A stretch of 54,589 nt of DNA, from positions 1-54,589 of the forward strand of contig JAHHLF010000141.1 in NCBI GenBank assembly GCA_018679315.1, written 5' to 3'. Source of the stretch: Bacteroidia bacterium (GTDB lineage Bacteria; Bacteroidota; Bacteroidia; Flavobacteriales; Flavobacteriaceae). Position numbers and translations under genes: made by a program. This document shows positions 31,474 through 42,621 of this stretch, piece by piece (position 1 is the first letter of the stretch; every line of letters starts with the position of its first letter). Under the pieces are notes generated by a model. The model was not told the DNA's origin. It did not search any database and saw nothing but the letters and a program-made list of their open reading frames with translations.

Positions 31474-31905
31474 TTTGTAAAAAGGTTAAGTAGGGATACT
31501 TGTGCCCGTGTTAGTTTTCGAATTAATTGGTCAATTTCCGCTACTTAGTAACTGCTGCTTGGTTGGCATGAGCAAGAATACTGATGGATATTGGTTCAAA
31601 GGCCACAAGCTAAACAAAAACTTGCAATCATCGAACAATATCGAAATAAAAGAAAATATTATAAACCATTTTGAAAAGTCCATTGGGTTTTCGAAAAATT
31701 GGGAATTACTCTTTAGTATGGCTTTTTAAGGATATTAAATTATATTTAAGTTCGTATTTTCGTGGATAGTCATTTTTTCAATAAAACTGTATGTCTGCAT
31801 GGTGAATAATCCATGTTTATAATAATACCAGTGAATCAAGGCATATCTGTTCTAGAATAAAAATCAATTCACTCTTTTATTAATCCATTCTAAAGTTAAT
31901 ACATC

Positions 31906-33417
31906 ATGAGTAAGACCAAAAAAGAAAAAAAATTAACTCGCCGGGATTTTATTGACACAACCTTAACTGCATCGGCAGCTTTTACTATTGTGCCATCTTT
32001 CGCAATTAGCGGCTTGGGACATACAGCACCCAGTGATAAATTGAACATTGCCGGTATAGGCGTTGGAGGGATGGGTCTTGCTAACCTTAAAAACTTGACA
32101 TCGCAAAATATAGTTGGCTTGTGTGATGTTGACTGGAAATATGCTAAAGGTGCATTTGATCAGTTCCCAAAAGCAAAAAAGTATTGGGATTGGCGCAAAA
32201 TGTTTGATGAAATGGGTGGTGAAATTGACGGAATTGTTGTTGCAACTGCCGACCATACCCATGCCATTATTTCGGCTCATGCCATGACACTGGGAAAACA
32301 TGTTTATCTGCAAAAGCCGTTAACGCATTCTGTATATGAATCTAGATTGTTGTCCAAACTTGCTGCCGAGAACAAAGTTGCCACCCAGATGGGTAATCAA
32401 GGAGCTTCAGGTGCAGGTGTTGCAGAAACTTGTGAAATTTTATGGAGCGGCGCGATCGGTGATATAACAAGAGTTGAATCATTCACTGACCGCCCAATTT
32501 GGCCACAAGGGTTAAATACTCCTGAGAAAGGGGATTGGGTTCCTGAAACATTAAATTGGGATTTGTTTACTGGCCCTGCTAAAATGCGTCCTTTCAGTGA
32601 AGTTTACCACCCTTGGAATTGGAGGGGATGGTGGGATTATGGTACTGGTGCATTGGGTGACATGGCTTGTCATGTCCTGCATCCTGTTTTTGAAGGCCTT
32701 AAATTAGGCCACCCTTCTCAAGTTCAGGCAAGTTCTTCTTTGCTATTAAATGATTCTGCACCCGTTTCCCAGGCTGTTAAGATGACTTTTCCTGCTAGAG
32801 GAAGGCACGGTAAAATGAAATTGCCAGAAGTAGATGTGCACTGGTACGATGGTGGTGTAAAACCTATGTTACCAGATAATTGGCCCGCTGGAAAGAACCC
32901 TAATAAGAGTGGTGGTGGAACATACTTCTACGGCACTAAAGATATTCTTCATACAGGGTGTTATGGTATTGAACCAGAATTATTATCTGGTAAGAAAATT
33001 AATGTTCCCAAAACTGAAAGAAGAGTCGAGGAAGAAATGAAGCTTTCCTGGAGTGGAGGTGCTCATGAAATGGATTGGGTACGAGCATGTAAAGAGAACC
33101 CTGAAAGCAGAAAGCCATGTACTTCTGATTTCGCTGAGGCCGGTCCATTCAACGAAATGGTGGTAATGGGTGTACTTGCTGTTCGTTTGCAGGCTTTGAA
33201 TAAGACCTTGAATTGGGACGGAGAGAATATGAAGTTCACGAATATCGGTGCAAACGAGGAAATTAGAACAGTTATCAGAGACGGATTTAAGATTCATGAT
33301 GGGCACCCAACTTTTAACAAGGATTGGACTGAACCTATGAATGCAATTGAGTATTCTCAAGAGCTCGTCAAACATACATATAGAGAGGGCTGGTCTTTAC
33401 CGGATATGCCTAAATAA
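31906..33417 (+). CDS. Gfo/Idh/MocA oxidoreductase with Tat signal (glycoside 3-dehydrogenase-like)
   Basis: 'TRRDFI' Tat motif, 'GIGVGGMG', 'ATADHTHA', 'QKPLTH', 'WRGWWDYGTGALGDMACH'. Confidence 0.9.
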   Translation: MSKTKKEKKLTRRDFIDTTLTASAAFTIVPSFAISGLGHTAPSDKLNIAGIGVGGMGLANLKNLTSQNIVGLCDVDWKYAKGAFDQFPKAKKYWDWRKMFDEMGGEIDGIVVATADHTHAIISAHAMTLGKHVYLQKPLTHSVYESRLLSKLAAENKVATQMGNQGASGAGVAETCEILWSGAIGDITRVESFTDRPIWPQGLNTPEKGDWVPETLNWDLFTGPAKMRPFSEVYHPWNWRGWWDYGTGALGDMACHVLHPVFEGLKLGHPSQVQASSSLLLNDSAPVSQAVKMTFPARGRHGKMKLPEVDVHWYDGGVKPMLPDNWPAGKNPNKSGGGTYFYGTKDILHTGCYGIEPELLSGKKINVPKTERRVEEEMKLSWSGGAHEMDWVRACKENPESRKPCTSDFAEAGPFNEMVVMGVLAVRLQALNKTLNWDGENMKFTNIGANEEIRTVIRDGFKIHDGHPTFNKDWTEPMNAIEYSQELVKHTYREGWSLPDMPK

Positions 33418-33453
33418 TAGTTTTTAAATAGTTCATTTCAAAGTAAAATTAAT

Positions 33454-34257
33454 ATGATGAAAAAAATAAGTTTAGTTGTAATATCAAGTCTAATTATGCT
33501 TCCTCTTATATCAAGCTGTAAAAATAAGACTGATAAAAAAGAAGAAGCTGAAGTAGTAGAAACTGAAGTAAAAGTGGAAACAGAAGCTCCTGTGAACTCA
33601 CTTACCCAAGCCGAAAAAGATGATGGATGGGTTATGCTTTTTGATGGAGAAACATCTGAAGGATGGAGAGGTTATAAAAAAGATAATTTTCCTAGCGGTT
33701 GGCAAATTGTCGATGGCTCACTTCAATGTATAGGATCTGGACGTGGGGAAGCAGGAAGCAAGGAAGGCGGAGATATCATTTATGATAAAATGTATCAGAA
33801 TTTTAACCTTAGTCTAGAATGGAAAATTTCTGAAGGAGGCAACTCAGGTATCTTTTATCTTGGCCAGGAAGAACTTGATTATATATGGAAAACAGCTCCG
33901 GAAATGCAAGTATTGGATAATGATAAACACCCTGATGCCAAACTAGGAAAAGATGGTAACCGTATGGCTGGATCATTATATGACCTAATTCCAGCAAAGC
34001 CTCAAAATGCAAAGCCAGTAGGAGAATGGAACAAAGTAGAACTTATAGTTTATAAAGGAACGGTAGTGCACAAAATGAATGGTGAGACGGTTGTTGAATA
34101 TCATTTATGGACACCTGAATGGAATGAAATGGTTGCAACTAGTAAGTTTCCGGGCCTTAATCCTGAATGGGCTGATGTTGCCTCAAAAGGATTCATTGGA
34201 CTCCAAGACCATGGTGATGATGTTTGGTTTAGAAATATAAAGATTAAAGAGCTTTAA
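33454..34257 (+). CDS. DUF1080 3-keto-disaccharide hydrolase/lyase-like lipoprotein
   Basis: Lipobox LISSC, 'LFDGETSEGWRGY', 'GNSGIFY', 'EMQVLDN..HPD', 'IGLQDHGDDVWFRNIKIK'. Confidence 0.9.
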   Translation: MMKKISLVVISSLIMLPLISSCKNKTDKKEEAEVVETEVKVETEAPVNSLTQAEKDDGWVMLFDGETSEGWRGYKKDNFPSGWQIVDGSLQCIGSGRGEAGSKEGGDIIYDKMYQNFNLSLEWKISEGGNSGIFYLGQEELDYIWKTAPEMQVLDNDKHPDAKLGKDGNRMAGSLYDLIPAKPQNAKPVGEWNKVELIVYKGTVVHKMNGETVVEYHLWTPEWNEMVATSKFPGLNPEWADVASKGFIGLQDHGDDVWFRNIKIKEL

Positions 34258-34277
34258 TAAGGAGCTTTTAAAAGTTT

Positions 34278-34326
34278 GAGACTGTTTGGAGAACTGTATG
34301 TATCCAAACAGTCTCTTTTTATTTTA
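34278..34326 (+). terminator. Intrinsic terminator
   Basis: 13-bp stem GAGACTGTTTGGA/TCCAAACAGTCTC followed by T-tract. Confidence 0.8.
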
Positions 34327-34386
34327 ACCCAAGAGTCAAGTGTTCATCCCGCTTACTTTGCCAACCACATGATCATTTAAAAAGTT

Positions 34387-35646
34387 TCAGGCAATAACTG
34401 CTGGATGAGTTGGGAGGGTGCTGGGTAATTCAAAAATTTCAAGATCAAAATAAGGCACAGCTGCCAGTAAATGATCAAATATATCTGCCATAATATACTC
34501 GTAATTCTGCCAGCGCTTATCACTGCTAAAAGTATAGATCTCTATAGGTATACCCTGGGGTGTTGGATCGAGTTGCCGGGTCATTAGCGTCATATCTTTA
34601 TTCAATGCGCTGTGATCTTCCAGATAAGTTTGTACATACTTTCTAAATACACCAATATTGGTAAGATTCCGCCCATTGATCTTGAGCGTTGTGTCGATCT
34701 CATTTTCTTGGTTGAACGTCCTGATCTTTTTCGTGGCTGATGTCAGATAGTTACTGATGAGCTGAATATTCTTTAACCGCTCTACATCTTCCTCTGTTAG
34801 GTACTTTATGTTGCTTTGCTTTAGAATAAGTGCTCTTTTGATACGTCTTCCTCCAGATTCTGTCATTCCCCTCCAATTCTTAAATGAGTCGGAGATAAGC
34901 GCATAGGTAGGAATGGTCGTGATGGTTTTATCCCAATTCCGGACTTTTACCGTGGCCAGGTTTATTTCATTCACTTCGCCATCCGCTCCGTACTTTTCAA
35001 AGGAGATCCAGTCGCCGATCCGTACCATATCGTTGATACTCACCTGTATACTCGCAACGAAGCCAAGGATAGAATCCTTAAAGATCAAAAGAATGACGGC
35101 AGAGGCTGCCCCCATTGCAGTAACAAATTTCCAGATGGTCGTATCTGTAAGGATCGCAAAAATGGTCATCAGACCTGCTATCCAAAGGAATATCATAAAG
35201 ACCTGGATGTAGCTGTCTATCGGTTTATCACGGAATTGTTCTAAGGTTTTCAGATAATCCTTTATGCTGTTTAGCAGGCTTTTTACGATATAAAGTACCA
35301 GGATAACGCCTAGCACATAGGCCATTTTGATCGCGATATTTTCCGCATATTGAAAATCGATAAAAACAACAGGCAAGAACTCCATGAGAAATGCCAGCGG
35401 AATAATATGCGCCAGATAGCGCGGTACACGATTATTAATGACGATATCGTCAAAGTCCGTCTTTGTTGCCCGTGCCAGGCGTACAGAGATCAACCTGAAT
35501 ATTTTCCACACAATGAAGTCGATTATATAGACGAGGACTATAGCTGCAAGTAGCAGCCCAATAGCATTCAGGTAGCTGGCGGTGTTCTCGGCCATTCCTT
35601 GCTCAACAAAATAATCATAGAGTATGTGGTTGAAATTAGTTTTCAT
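34387..35646 (-). CDS. Mechanosensitive ion channel, MscS family (YbdG/MscM-like)
   Basis: 'FKDSILGFVASIQ..NDMVRIGDWI', 'VKVRNWDKTITTIPTYAL', 'NWRGM.ESGGRRIKR'; start ATG 35646. Confidence 0.93.
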   Translation of the reverse strand: MKTNFNHILYDYFVEQGMAENTASYLNAIGLLLAAIVLVYIIDFIVWKIFRLISVRLARATKTDFDDIVINNRVPRYLAHIIPLAFLMEFLPVVFIDFQYAENIAIKMAYVLGVILVLYIVKSLLNSIKDYLKTLEQFRDKPIDSYIQVFMIFLWIAGLMTIFAILTDTTIWKFVTAMGAASAVILLIFKDSILGFVASIQVSINDMVRIGDWISFEKYGADGEVNEINLATVKVRNWDKTITTIPTYALISDSFKNWRGMTESGGRRIKRALILKQSNIKYLTEEDVERLKNIQLISNYLTSATKKIRTFNQENEIDTTLKINGRNLTNIGVFRKYVQTYLEDHSALNKDMTLMTRQLDPTPQGIPIEIYTFSSDKRWQNYEYIMADIFDHLLAAVPYFDLEIFELPSTLPTHPAVIA

Positions 35647-35746
35647 CAGAAAAATCTTTAGGCTAAAGTACAGCCAAAATTTGATTTTATCTGGCATTCA
35701 GGCATACACGTTTTTAACGGCTGTAAACTTCTCTTATCTTTAAGGT

Positions 35747-36505
35747 ATGTACGACTTAACTGGAAAACAGATCCTGGTCACCGGTGCTTCTAAAGGTATC
35801 GGAAAGGCCATTGCACGACAACTATTACGACAAGGGGCTCATATAGGACTGCATTACAATCGTTCTGCCCAGGGAGTTGAGGAGCTTATTGAAGAATTCG
35901 GTGCCGAGCGCACGCTTCCTATACAAGCCGATCTCGAGGAGCGCAAGCATACGGAAGCCTTGTTTCAGGTCGCTCTGAAGCAAATGAAGAACATAGAATC
36001 GGTAGTTCTCAATGCAGGTATTTTTGAACCTCACTTTATTGACGACCCTCTGGATTCCTGGTTAAAAGTCTGGCAGAGAACTATAAAGATCAACTTGGAA
36101 TCAGCTGGGATTTTGACCAAGTTATTCCTCGAACATTTTCAGAAAAAGAAACAAGGAAGGCTTATTTACATAAGCAGCCGTGCTGCACTCAGGGGTGAAA
36201 CAGAAGAATACCTGGCATACGCGGCTAGCAAAGGCGGACTTAGTTCCTTAGCTAAAACCGTGGCCCGTTCGTTTGGGAAGTATAATATCAAGGCATTTGT
36301 GGTGGCGCCCGGATTTATAAAGACGGATATGGCTATGGAAGCTATTTCCAAAATTGGTGAAGAAAAGGTTCTGGATGAACTGGCATTGAACAGATTGACC
36401 ACTCCGGAGGACATTGCCCCGCTTGTAGCCTTGTTATGCAGTGGTCAGTTAGATCACTCAACGGGCACAACTATAGATATTAATGCAGGCAGTCATATTC
36501 GCTGA
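35747..36505 (+). CDS. SDR family oxidoreductase
   Basis: TGASKGIG, NAG, YAASK motifs. Confidence 0.9.
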   Translation: MYDLTGKQILVTGASKGIGKAIARQLLRQGAHIGLHYNRSAQGVEELIEEFGAERTLPIQADLEERKHTEALFQVALKQMKNIESVVLNAGIFEPHFIDDPLDSWLKVWQRTIKINLESAGILTKLFLEHFQKKKQGRLIYISSRAALRGETEEYLAYAASKGGLSSLAKTVARSFGKYNIKAFVVAPGFIKTDMAMEAISKIGEEKVLDELALNRLTTPEDIAPLVALLCSGQLDHSTGTTIDINAGSHIR

Positions 36506-36787
36506 TAATCTGATCTTGAAGTATATATTTCATTTAATCAAATTAAAGCCCACTAGATCGGATAAATTTTGTGCCGATTTGTTTTGAGGCTCATTTGGTT
36601 ATTTTGAGCATACGGAAGCATCGAAATGGAATAGCTCTATGTCGTAAGCCCTTTCGCTCTAAGAAAGTGTGTTATTAGCCGATTCCTTTCGGCCTTAAAA
36701 ATTGTATGTCATAATTGAATTGGATATCTTGTAGTGATGCTAACCAGGGCTGTAACCTCCAAGAAGGCCTTCTAAGCACTACAATAG

Positions 36788-37699
36788 ATGGCATTGAGGA
36801 ATAAATTACACAGCTTACCCAAAGCAGATGTGCATAACCACTTACACCTAAGTGGGGCCGTTGAATTGCTCAGAGAACAGTACCCGGGTGTCCAGTTTGA
36901 AACGCCGAGGTATTATGATGGATTTGATGGGATGATGCATTTTATTGTACAGCATGTAAATACCCTGATGCGATCTTCCGATGATGTGATCAGACTAATG
37001 GATATAGGCATTCGCTCCAGTATTAATGACAATGTAAGGCATTTGGAAGCTAGCGTGGATATGGGTCTGGTAGCATATTTTGACAATTCCCTGGAAACAT
37101 TTATCAATGCGGTTGGTCAACTTAAAAAAAAGTACGCGTCGGAAATTGATTTCAGACCGGAAATCGGTATTAAAAAATCTGCTGAGATGGAAGAGGTATA
37201 CCGGGATGGTATGGCCTGTATTGAAAGCGAAGTATTTGATGGTATCGACATATACGGGAAAGAAACAGACCAGGATCTTTCTGGGTTTAAAGAGATATTT
37301 CAGGAAGCACGGGCCAGATCCAAGAAAACAAAGGTTCATATAGGGGAGTTTTCTGATGCCCAGTCTATGCTGCGAGCAATAGAGACGCTCGAACCTGATG
37401 AAATTCAGCATGGGATCAATGCAGCGGATTCCGAAAAGGCAATTCAAATGATCCTGGATCGTAATATCAGGCTGAACATTTGCCCTCATAGCAATGTGGC
37501 ACTTGGAGCTGCCAGAAGCCTACTGGAACATCCTGTCCGTAAACTTTACGAAGAGGGAGTTAATATTACCATCAATACAGATGATCTTCTACTCTTTAAT
37601 GCAACCATCACTGACCAATTTGCAGACCTGATCCAGCAGCGCATGTTTACATTTGAGGAAATTGATGAGATCCGGCAAAATGCAATACAAGGATTGTAA
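36788..37699 (+). CDS. Adenosine/adenine deaminase family protein
   Basis: 'LPKADVHNHL', 'HIGE', 'IQHG', 'CPHSN', 'INTDD' metal/catalytic motifs. Confidence 0.85.
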   Translation: MALRNKLHSLPKADVHNHLHLSGAVELLREQYPGVQFETPRYYDGFDGMMHFIVQHVNTLMRSSDDVIRLMDIGIRSSINDNVRHLEASVDMGLVAYFDNSLETFINAVGQLKKKYASEIDFRPEIGIKKSAEMEEVYRDGMACIESEVFDGIDIYGKETDQDLSGFKEIFQEARARSKKTKVHIGEFSDAQSMLRAIETLEPDEIQHGINAADSEKAIQMILDRNIRLNICPHSNVALGAARSLLEHPVRKLYEEGVNITINTDDLLLFNATITDQFADLIQQRMFTFEEIDEIRQNAIQGL

Positions 37700-37820
37700 A
37701 ACAAGTCCGGGTATCATCTGCCTGAGACTCACGGGTTTTTTATGGATATCCTTATTGGTAGTGTTTCAATTAATGGGAGTCGGGGAGCAGCCGGGCTAGT
37801 AAATTTTATAAATTGCATCT

Positions 37821-38642
37821 ATGGCTTCAACGGATATTTTTGACATTTCTGACAAGGTCATTGTGATCACTGGCGGCTCCGGCGCCCTGGGTGGGTCAAT
37901 GGCTCAGTATTTGCTGCAGGCAGGAGCCAGAATTGCACTACTAGGGCTACATCAGGAACGGGTTGACAAACGCGTCGCAGAACTCGAAAAAACAAATTTA
38001 CATATTGTGGGATTTGCAGGTAGCGTGCTGGATAAAAAGTGGCTCTCTGAAGTGTGTACTACCATTCAAAAAAAGTGGGGGTACATAGATGGGCTGATTA
38101 ATGCAGCCGGGGGCAATATGCCCGGGGCCACTATTGGAACAGACCAGACCATCTTCGATCTAAACCTGGAAGACTTCCAAAAAGTTACTAAGCTCAACCT
38201 GGATGGTACCGTATTGCCTTCATTGGTCTTTGGGGAAGCTATGGCCAAAAATAAAAAGGGATCCATTATCAACCTTTCGTCTATGACAGCCGACAGGGCC
38301 ATTACCAGGGTTGTGGGTTATTCGGCTTCAAAAGCAGCCATCGACAATTTCACTAAATGGATGGCAACCGAAATGGCATTAAAATTTAAAGGGAACATCC
38401 GCGTCAATGCTATAGCACCGGGTTTTTTTATTGGGAACCAGAACCGCGCCCTGTTGACCGAAGAAGATGGCAGCTATACGGAACGGGGGAAAACGATTAT
38501 TGCGAATACGCCCATGAAACGCTTTGGAGAAGCAGAAGAATTGCACGGGGCAGTGCATTGGTTGCTGAGCGATGCGTCCTCCTTTGTGACCGGCACCATC
38601 ACCCCGATCGATGGCGGTTTTAGCGCCTATAGTGGGGTCTGA
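37821..38642 (+). CDS. uxuB: SDR-type D-mannonate oxidoreductase (Bacteroidota UxuB-like)
   Basis: 'TGGSGALG', 'INAAGGNMPGA', 'TRVVGYSASKAA', 'APGFF...QNRALL'; context with uxuA and uxaC. Confidence 0.75.
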   Translation: MASTDIFDISDKVIVITGGSGALGGSMAQYLLQAGARIALLGLHQERVDKRVAELEKTNLHIVGFAGSVLDKKWLSEVCTTIQKKWGYIDGLINAAGGNMPGATIGTDQTIFDLNLEDFQKVTKLNLDGTVLPSLVFGEAMAKNKKGSIINLSSMTADRAITRVVGYSASKAAIDNFTKWMATEMALKFKGNIRVNAIAPGFFIGNQNRALLTEEDGSYTERGKTIIANTPMKRFGEAEELHGAVHWLLSDASSFVTGTITPIDGGFSAYSGV

Positions 38643-38686
38643 GGCAACATTGGAAAACATCACAGACGGAACAAACAAATACGACC

Positions 38687-40072
38687 ATGAAAAAAAAGCA
38701 TTCACTTTACACCTTTCTTGCATCTTGTACCCTCCTGCTGTTTTTTGGGTGTACAGAATCCCCTAAAGACACCGTGCCCTGGCTAGCTTTATTCGACGGG
38801 GAAACCTTAAACGGCTGGCACCAGAAAGGTGGCGCTGCCAAATATACAGTGCGGGAAGGCAGTATTGTGGGCAGCACTGTTCATGATACGCCCAATTCCT
38901 TTTTAACTACCGATGCCGCATACGACGATTTTATCCTGGAACTCCAAGTGAAGGGAGATTCCACATGCAATTCTGGGATCCAGATCCGCAGCAACAGTTT
39001 TCCTTATTACCGAAACGGTGTAGTGCATGGTTACCAGGTAGAGATAGATCCTTCCAAAAGGGCCTGGAGCGGGGGCATCTATGAGGAGCAAAGCCGTGGA
39101 TGGCTCTATCCACTTGCCGATGACATCACCGCCCAAAAGGCTTTTAAACAAAACGACTGGAACCATTACCGCATTGAAGCCATTGGCGATACCCTCAAAA
39201 CCTGGGTCAATGGTACTCCGACTGCCCACCTCATAGATGAAAAGACAGGCAGCGGCTTTATTTGCCTGCAAGTGCATTCGATCAGTGGCGAACAGGAAGA
39301 CGGCCGGGAGATCCTTTGGAAAGACATCAGGATCCTCACAGACAGTCTGGACCTATATGCCCAAAACACTCCCCTGGAACCGGTGGCTACTAAAAACAAA
39401 CTCACCATTAATGAGGCGAACAATGGCTGGCAGCTTTTATGGGACGGCAGCACTGCCAGGGGGTGGCGCGGCGCCAAACTGGACACCTTCCCGGAACATG
39501 GATGGAAAATGGAAAACGGGGAACTCATTGTATTGTCTTCGGGGGGCGCAGAGTCGGCCGCCGGCGGGGATATTGTGACCGAAGAATCCTACGGCGATTT
39601 TGAATTGCTGGTCGATTTTAAACTCACCCCAGGGGCCAACAGCGGTATAAAATATTACGTAGACACCGAAATGAATAAAGGGGAGGGTTCTGCCATTGGC
39701 CTGGAGTACCAGATCCTGGATGATGCTCTGCATCCCGATGCCAAGTTGGGCAACCATGAGGGGAGTCGCACCGTGAGTTCGCTCTACGACCTGATCCGGG
39801 CTGCACCAGAGAAGCCCATAAAAGCCATTGGGGAATGGAATACCGCTTATATCCTTTCCAGAGACAAGCATGTAGAGCATTGGTTAAACGGGATGAAAGT
39901 ATTGGAATATGAACGGGGCAGTAATGCCTTCAGGAATCTAGTCGCGAAAAGCAAGTATAAGGTATGGCCGGATTTTGGGGAATTAGAAAAGGGCCCCATT
40001 CTTCTGCAGGACCACGGGGATGAGGTATCATTTAAGAACATAAAAATTCGTCCGTTGGAAAACACAAAATAA
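38687..40072 (+). CDS. Lipoprotein with two tandem DUF1080 (3-keto-disaccharide hydrolase-like) domains
   Basis: Lipobox FFGC; domain 1 'LFDGETLNGW..NSGIQIRS..ICLQVH', domain 2 'LWDG....GWRG..NSGIKY..LQDHG..V.FKNIKIR'. Confidence 0.88.
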   Translation: MKKKHSLYTFLASCTLLLFFGCTESPKDTVPWLALFDGETLNGWHQKGGAAKYTVREGSIVGSTVHDTPNSFLTTDAAYDDFILELQVKGDSTCNSGIQIRSNSFPYYRNGVVHGYQVEIDPSKRAWSGGIYEEQSRGWLYPLADDITAQKAFKQNDWNHYRIEAIGDTLKTWVNGTPTAHLIDEKTGSGFICLQVHSISGEQEDGREILWKDIRILTDSLDLYAQNTPLEPVATKNKLTINEANNGWQLLWDGSTARGWRGAKLDTFPEHGWKMENGELIVLSSGGAESAAGGDIVTEESYGDFELLVDFKLTPGANSGIKYYVDTEMNKGEGSAIGLEYQILDDALHPDAKLGNHEGSRTVSSLYDLIRAAPEKPIKAIGEWNTAYILSRDKHVEHWLNGMKVLEYERGSNAFRNLVAKSKYKVWPDFGELEKGPILLQDHGDEVSFKNIKIRPLENTK

Positions 40073-40080
40073 ATGTCGTT

Positions 40081-41427
40081 ATGAGCACAAACAGAAGGGA
40101 GTTCATCAAAAAAACCGCCATAGGCACCCTGGGAGCCAGCCTTGGACCCAGCATCCATGCCATGTCTGCTAAAAGCTATTCCAGGATCCTTGGAGCCAAT
40201 GACCGCTTGCAGGTGGCCATACAAGGACTGGGAAGGCGCTATGGGGCCTTCTTGCCCGCTATAGCTGCCACAGAAAACAATATAGACCTGAGCTATTTGT
40301 GCGACGTGATGCGATCTCAGCGCGAGAAAGCGGCAGCAAATGTTGCCAGCCTCCTGCCCAACCAGCCGGTCTTGGAGAACGATATACGAAAGATTCTGGA
40401 CGACCCGGAAATAGATGCTATTTTTATGGCTACCCCGGACCATTGGCATGCCCCGGGGGCCTGTATGGCCATGGAGGCAGGGAAACATGTCTACCTGGAA
40501 AAACCCTGCAGCCATAACCCAAAGGAAGGGGAGTTGCTGGTGGATTACCAGAAAAAGTACAACAAGGTGGTGCAAATGGGGAATCAACAGCGCTCTGCCC
40601 CGGAATCACGGGAGATCATTCATGAGATCCACAACGGAATTATCGGCGAGGCATACAAGGCTATTGCCTTTTATGTCAATTCCAGGGGTCGGGTGCCCAA
40701 CCAGGTATTACAGGCCCCTCCCGAAGGCCTGGATTGGGAACTCTTTCAAGGGCCGGCACCCAGAAGGGCTTACACAGCTGAAACATGGGATTATAACTGG
40801 CACTGGTACGGCTGGGATTACGGTACGGCCGAAATGGGAAACAATGCCACCCATGAACTGGACATTGCGCGCTGGGCACTCCAGGTGAAATACCCCAAAC
40901 GAGTTGAAGTTGTATCGGGGAAATACCATTACAAAGACGACGGCTGGGAAATGTACGATACTATGGATGCTACGTTTCGGTTTGCAGGCAATAAGACCAT
41001 ACAGTGGGATGGGCAGAGCAGGAATGGCTATGATAAATATGGGGCGGGCCGTGGTACTATTGTATTCGGCTCAGAAGGCTCTGTTTATATCGACCGTAAT
41101 GGCTACAAATTATTCAACCTCAAAGGGGAATTGCTAAAGGAACAACAGTCAAATTCCACGGAAGGCGGTATTGCCCTGGGTGGTGGCGGGGACATGTCTA
41201 CCCTGCATGCCATAAACTTTTTTGACGCCATACGCGGTAAAGCTGCCTTAACGTCGCCCATAGACGAAGGGGCCATTAGCCAGATGCTGACCCATTATGC
41301 GAACATCGCTTCCCGGATAGACAGACCTTTTGACGTGGATGAAAAGGACGGACGTATCTGGAACAGGAAAGCTATGAAGCTCTGGTCCAGGAAATATGAA
41401 CCTGGCTGGGAGATTAAACCGGCATAA
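40081..41427 (+). CDS. Gfo/Idh/MocA oxidoreductase with Tat signal
   Basis: 'NRREFIK', 'ATPDHWHA', 'EKPCSH', 'QMGNQQRS', '[22 protein letters not shown]'. Confidence 0.9.
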   Translation: MSTNRREFIKKTAIGTLGASLGPSIHAMSAKSYSRILGANDRLQVAIQGLGRRYGAFLPAIAATENNIDLSYLCDVMRSQREKAAANVASLLPNQPVLENDIRKILDDPEIDAIFMATPDHWHAPGACMAMEAGKHVYLEKPCSHNPKEGELLVDYQKKYNKVVQMGNQQRSAPESREIIHEIHNGIIGEAYKAIAFYVNSRGRVPNQVLQAPPEGLDWELFQGPAPRRAYTAETWDYNWHWYGWDYGTAEMGNNATHELDIARWALQVKYPKRVEVVSGKYHYKDDGWEMYDTMDATFRFAGNKTIQWDGQSRNGYDKYGAGRGTIVFGSEGSVYIDRNGYKLFNLKGELLKEQQSNSTEGGIALGGGGDMSTLHAINFFDAIRGKAALTSPIDEGAISQMLTHYANIASRIDRPFDVDEKDGRIWNRKAMKLWSRKYEPGWEIKPA

Positions 41428-41438
41428 GAGACAATAGT

Positions 41439-42617
41439 ATGATACAGACATGGCGATGGTACGGACCGGAAGATCCTGTGCAATTATCGGACATAAAACA
41501 GGCCGGGGCCACTGGCATTGTAACGGCCCTGCACCATATTCCAAATGGGCAACCCTGGCCGATAAATGAGATCAGGAAGCGCAAGAACCGCATTGAAGAT
41601 GCGGGTTTGCATTGGAGTGTTGTGGAAAGCATCCCGGTGCATGAAGCTATAAAAACGCGCTCCGGAAATTATCAAGACTACATTTCAAATTATAAAAAAA
41701 GCCTTGAGAATCTGGCAAACTGTGGCATTTACAAGGTGTGTTATAATTTTATGCCCGTGCTGGATTGGACCAGGACCTCCCTGGAATATGAATTGCCAGA
41801 CGGTTCCAGGGCCCTGCATTTTGATGTTACCGCCTTTGCCGCCTTTGAGCTGTATCTACTGAAAAGACCGGGGGCCGAAAAGACCTATACGAAAGCTCAA
41901 GTAGCGGAAGCAAAAGACTATGCAGAATCACTATCTGAAGGAGAGAAAGAAATTCTGGTTCGAAACATCATCGCAGGCCTGCCGGGTGCCGAGGAGGGCT
42001 ATACCCTGGAACAGATGCAGGCTGCGCTGGATACCTATGCCCGGATCGATGCCCAAAGATTGCGTGAAAACCTGGTGGCATTCCTAAAGGAGATCATTCC
42101 GGTAGCTGAAGCGAATGGAGTGCAGATGTGCCTTCACCCGGACGATCCGCCCTATCCCATTTTGGGTTTACCGAGGGTGGTGAGTACGGAAGAAGATTAT
42201 GCCTACCTGTTTTCCGAAGTCCCGCAACCTGCAAATGGCCTTACTTTTTGCACTGGCTCCTTAGGGGTGCGGACCGATAACAATTTGGCACAAATGTTCA
42301 GACGATTTGCAGACAGGGTGCATTTCCTGCATTTGCGTAGCACACAACGCGATGATAAAGGGAATTTTTTTGAAGCCGATCATTTAGAGGGCGATGTAGA
42401 TATGTATGCTGTGGTAAAAGAAGTGGTGCTAGAAGAAAGGCGAAGAAAGACTTCGGGAAGGTCGGATGTGCAGATCCCGATGCGCCCCGACCATGGCCAC
42501 CAGATGTTAGACGATTTGAATAAACAAACAAACCCGGGCTACTCGGCTATCGGCAGGCTGAGGGGGTTGGCAGAGTTGAGGGGCCTGGAATTGGGAATTT
42601 CGAAAAGCGTACTTTAA
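41439..42617 (+). CDS. uxuA: Mannonate dehydratase
   Basis: '[11 protein letters not shown]', '[13 protein letters not shown]', 'HPDDPP', 'MRPDHGH', 'PGYSAIGRL'. Confidence 0.97.
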   Translation: MIQTWRWYGPEDPVQLSDIKQAGATGIVTALHHIPNGQPWPINEIRKRKNRIEDAGLHWSVVESIPVHEAIKTRSGNYQDYISNYKKSLENLANCGIYKVCYNFMPVLDWTRTSLEYELPDGSRALHFDVTAFAAFELYLLKRPGAEKTYTKAQVAEAKDYAESLSEGEKEILVRNIIAGLPGAEEGYTLEQMQAALDTYARIDAQRLRENLVAFLKEIIPVAEANGVQMCLHPDDPPYPILGLPRVVSTEEDYAYLFSEVPQPANGLTFCTGSLGVRTDNNLAQMFRRFADRVHFLHLRSTQRDDKGNFFEADHLEGDVDMYAVVKEVVLEERRRKTSGRSDVQIPMRPDHGHQMLDDLNKQTNPGYSAIGRLRGLAELRGLELGISKSVL

Positions 42618-42621
42618 TAAC

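Noticed and set aside
31502..31729. 75-aa ORF in the divergent promoter region
   Set aside because: GTG start, no motifs, lies in AT-rich intergenic DNA
36506..36787. Purine riboswitch upstream of the deaminase
   Set aside because: Could not find the conserved purine riboswitch core or a terminator/antiterminator by eye; an Rfam scan would settle it
36788..37699. Adenosine deaminase as RADAR RdrB
   Set aside because: Much shorter than RdrB and no RdrA ATPase adjacent
39847..40587. 246-aa minus-strand ORF and other nested antisense ORFs throughout the window
   Set aside because: Fully overlap well-supported genes on the opposite strand and have no family motifs
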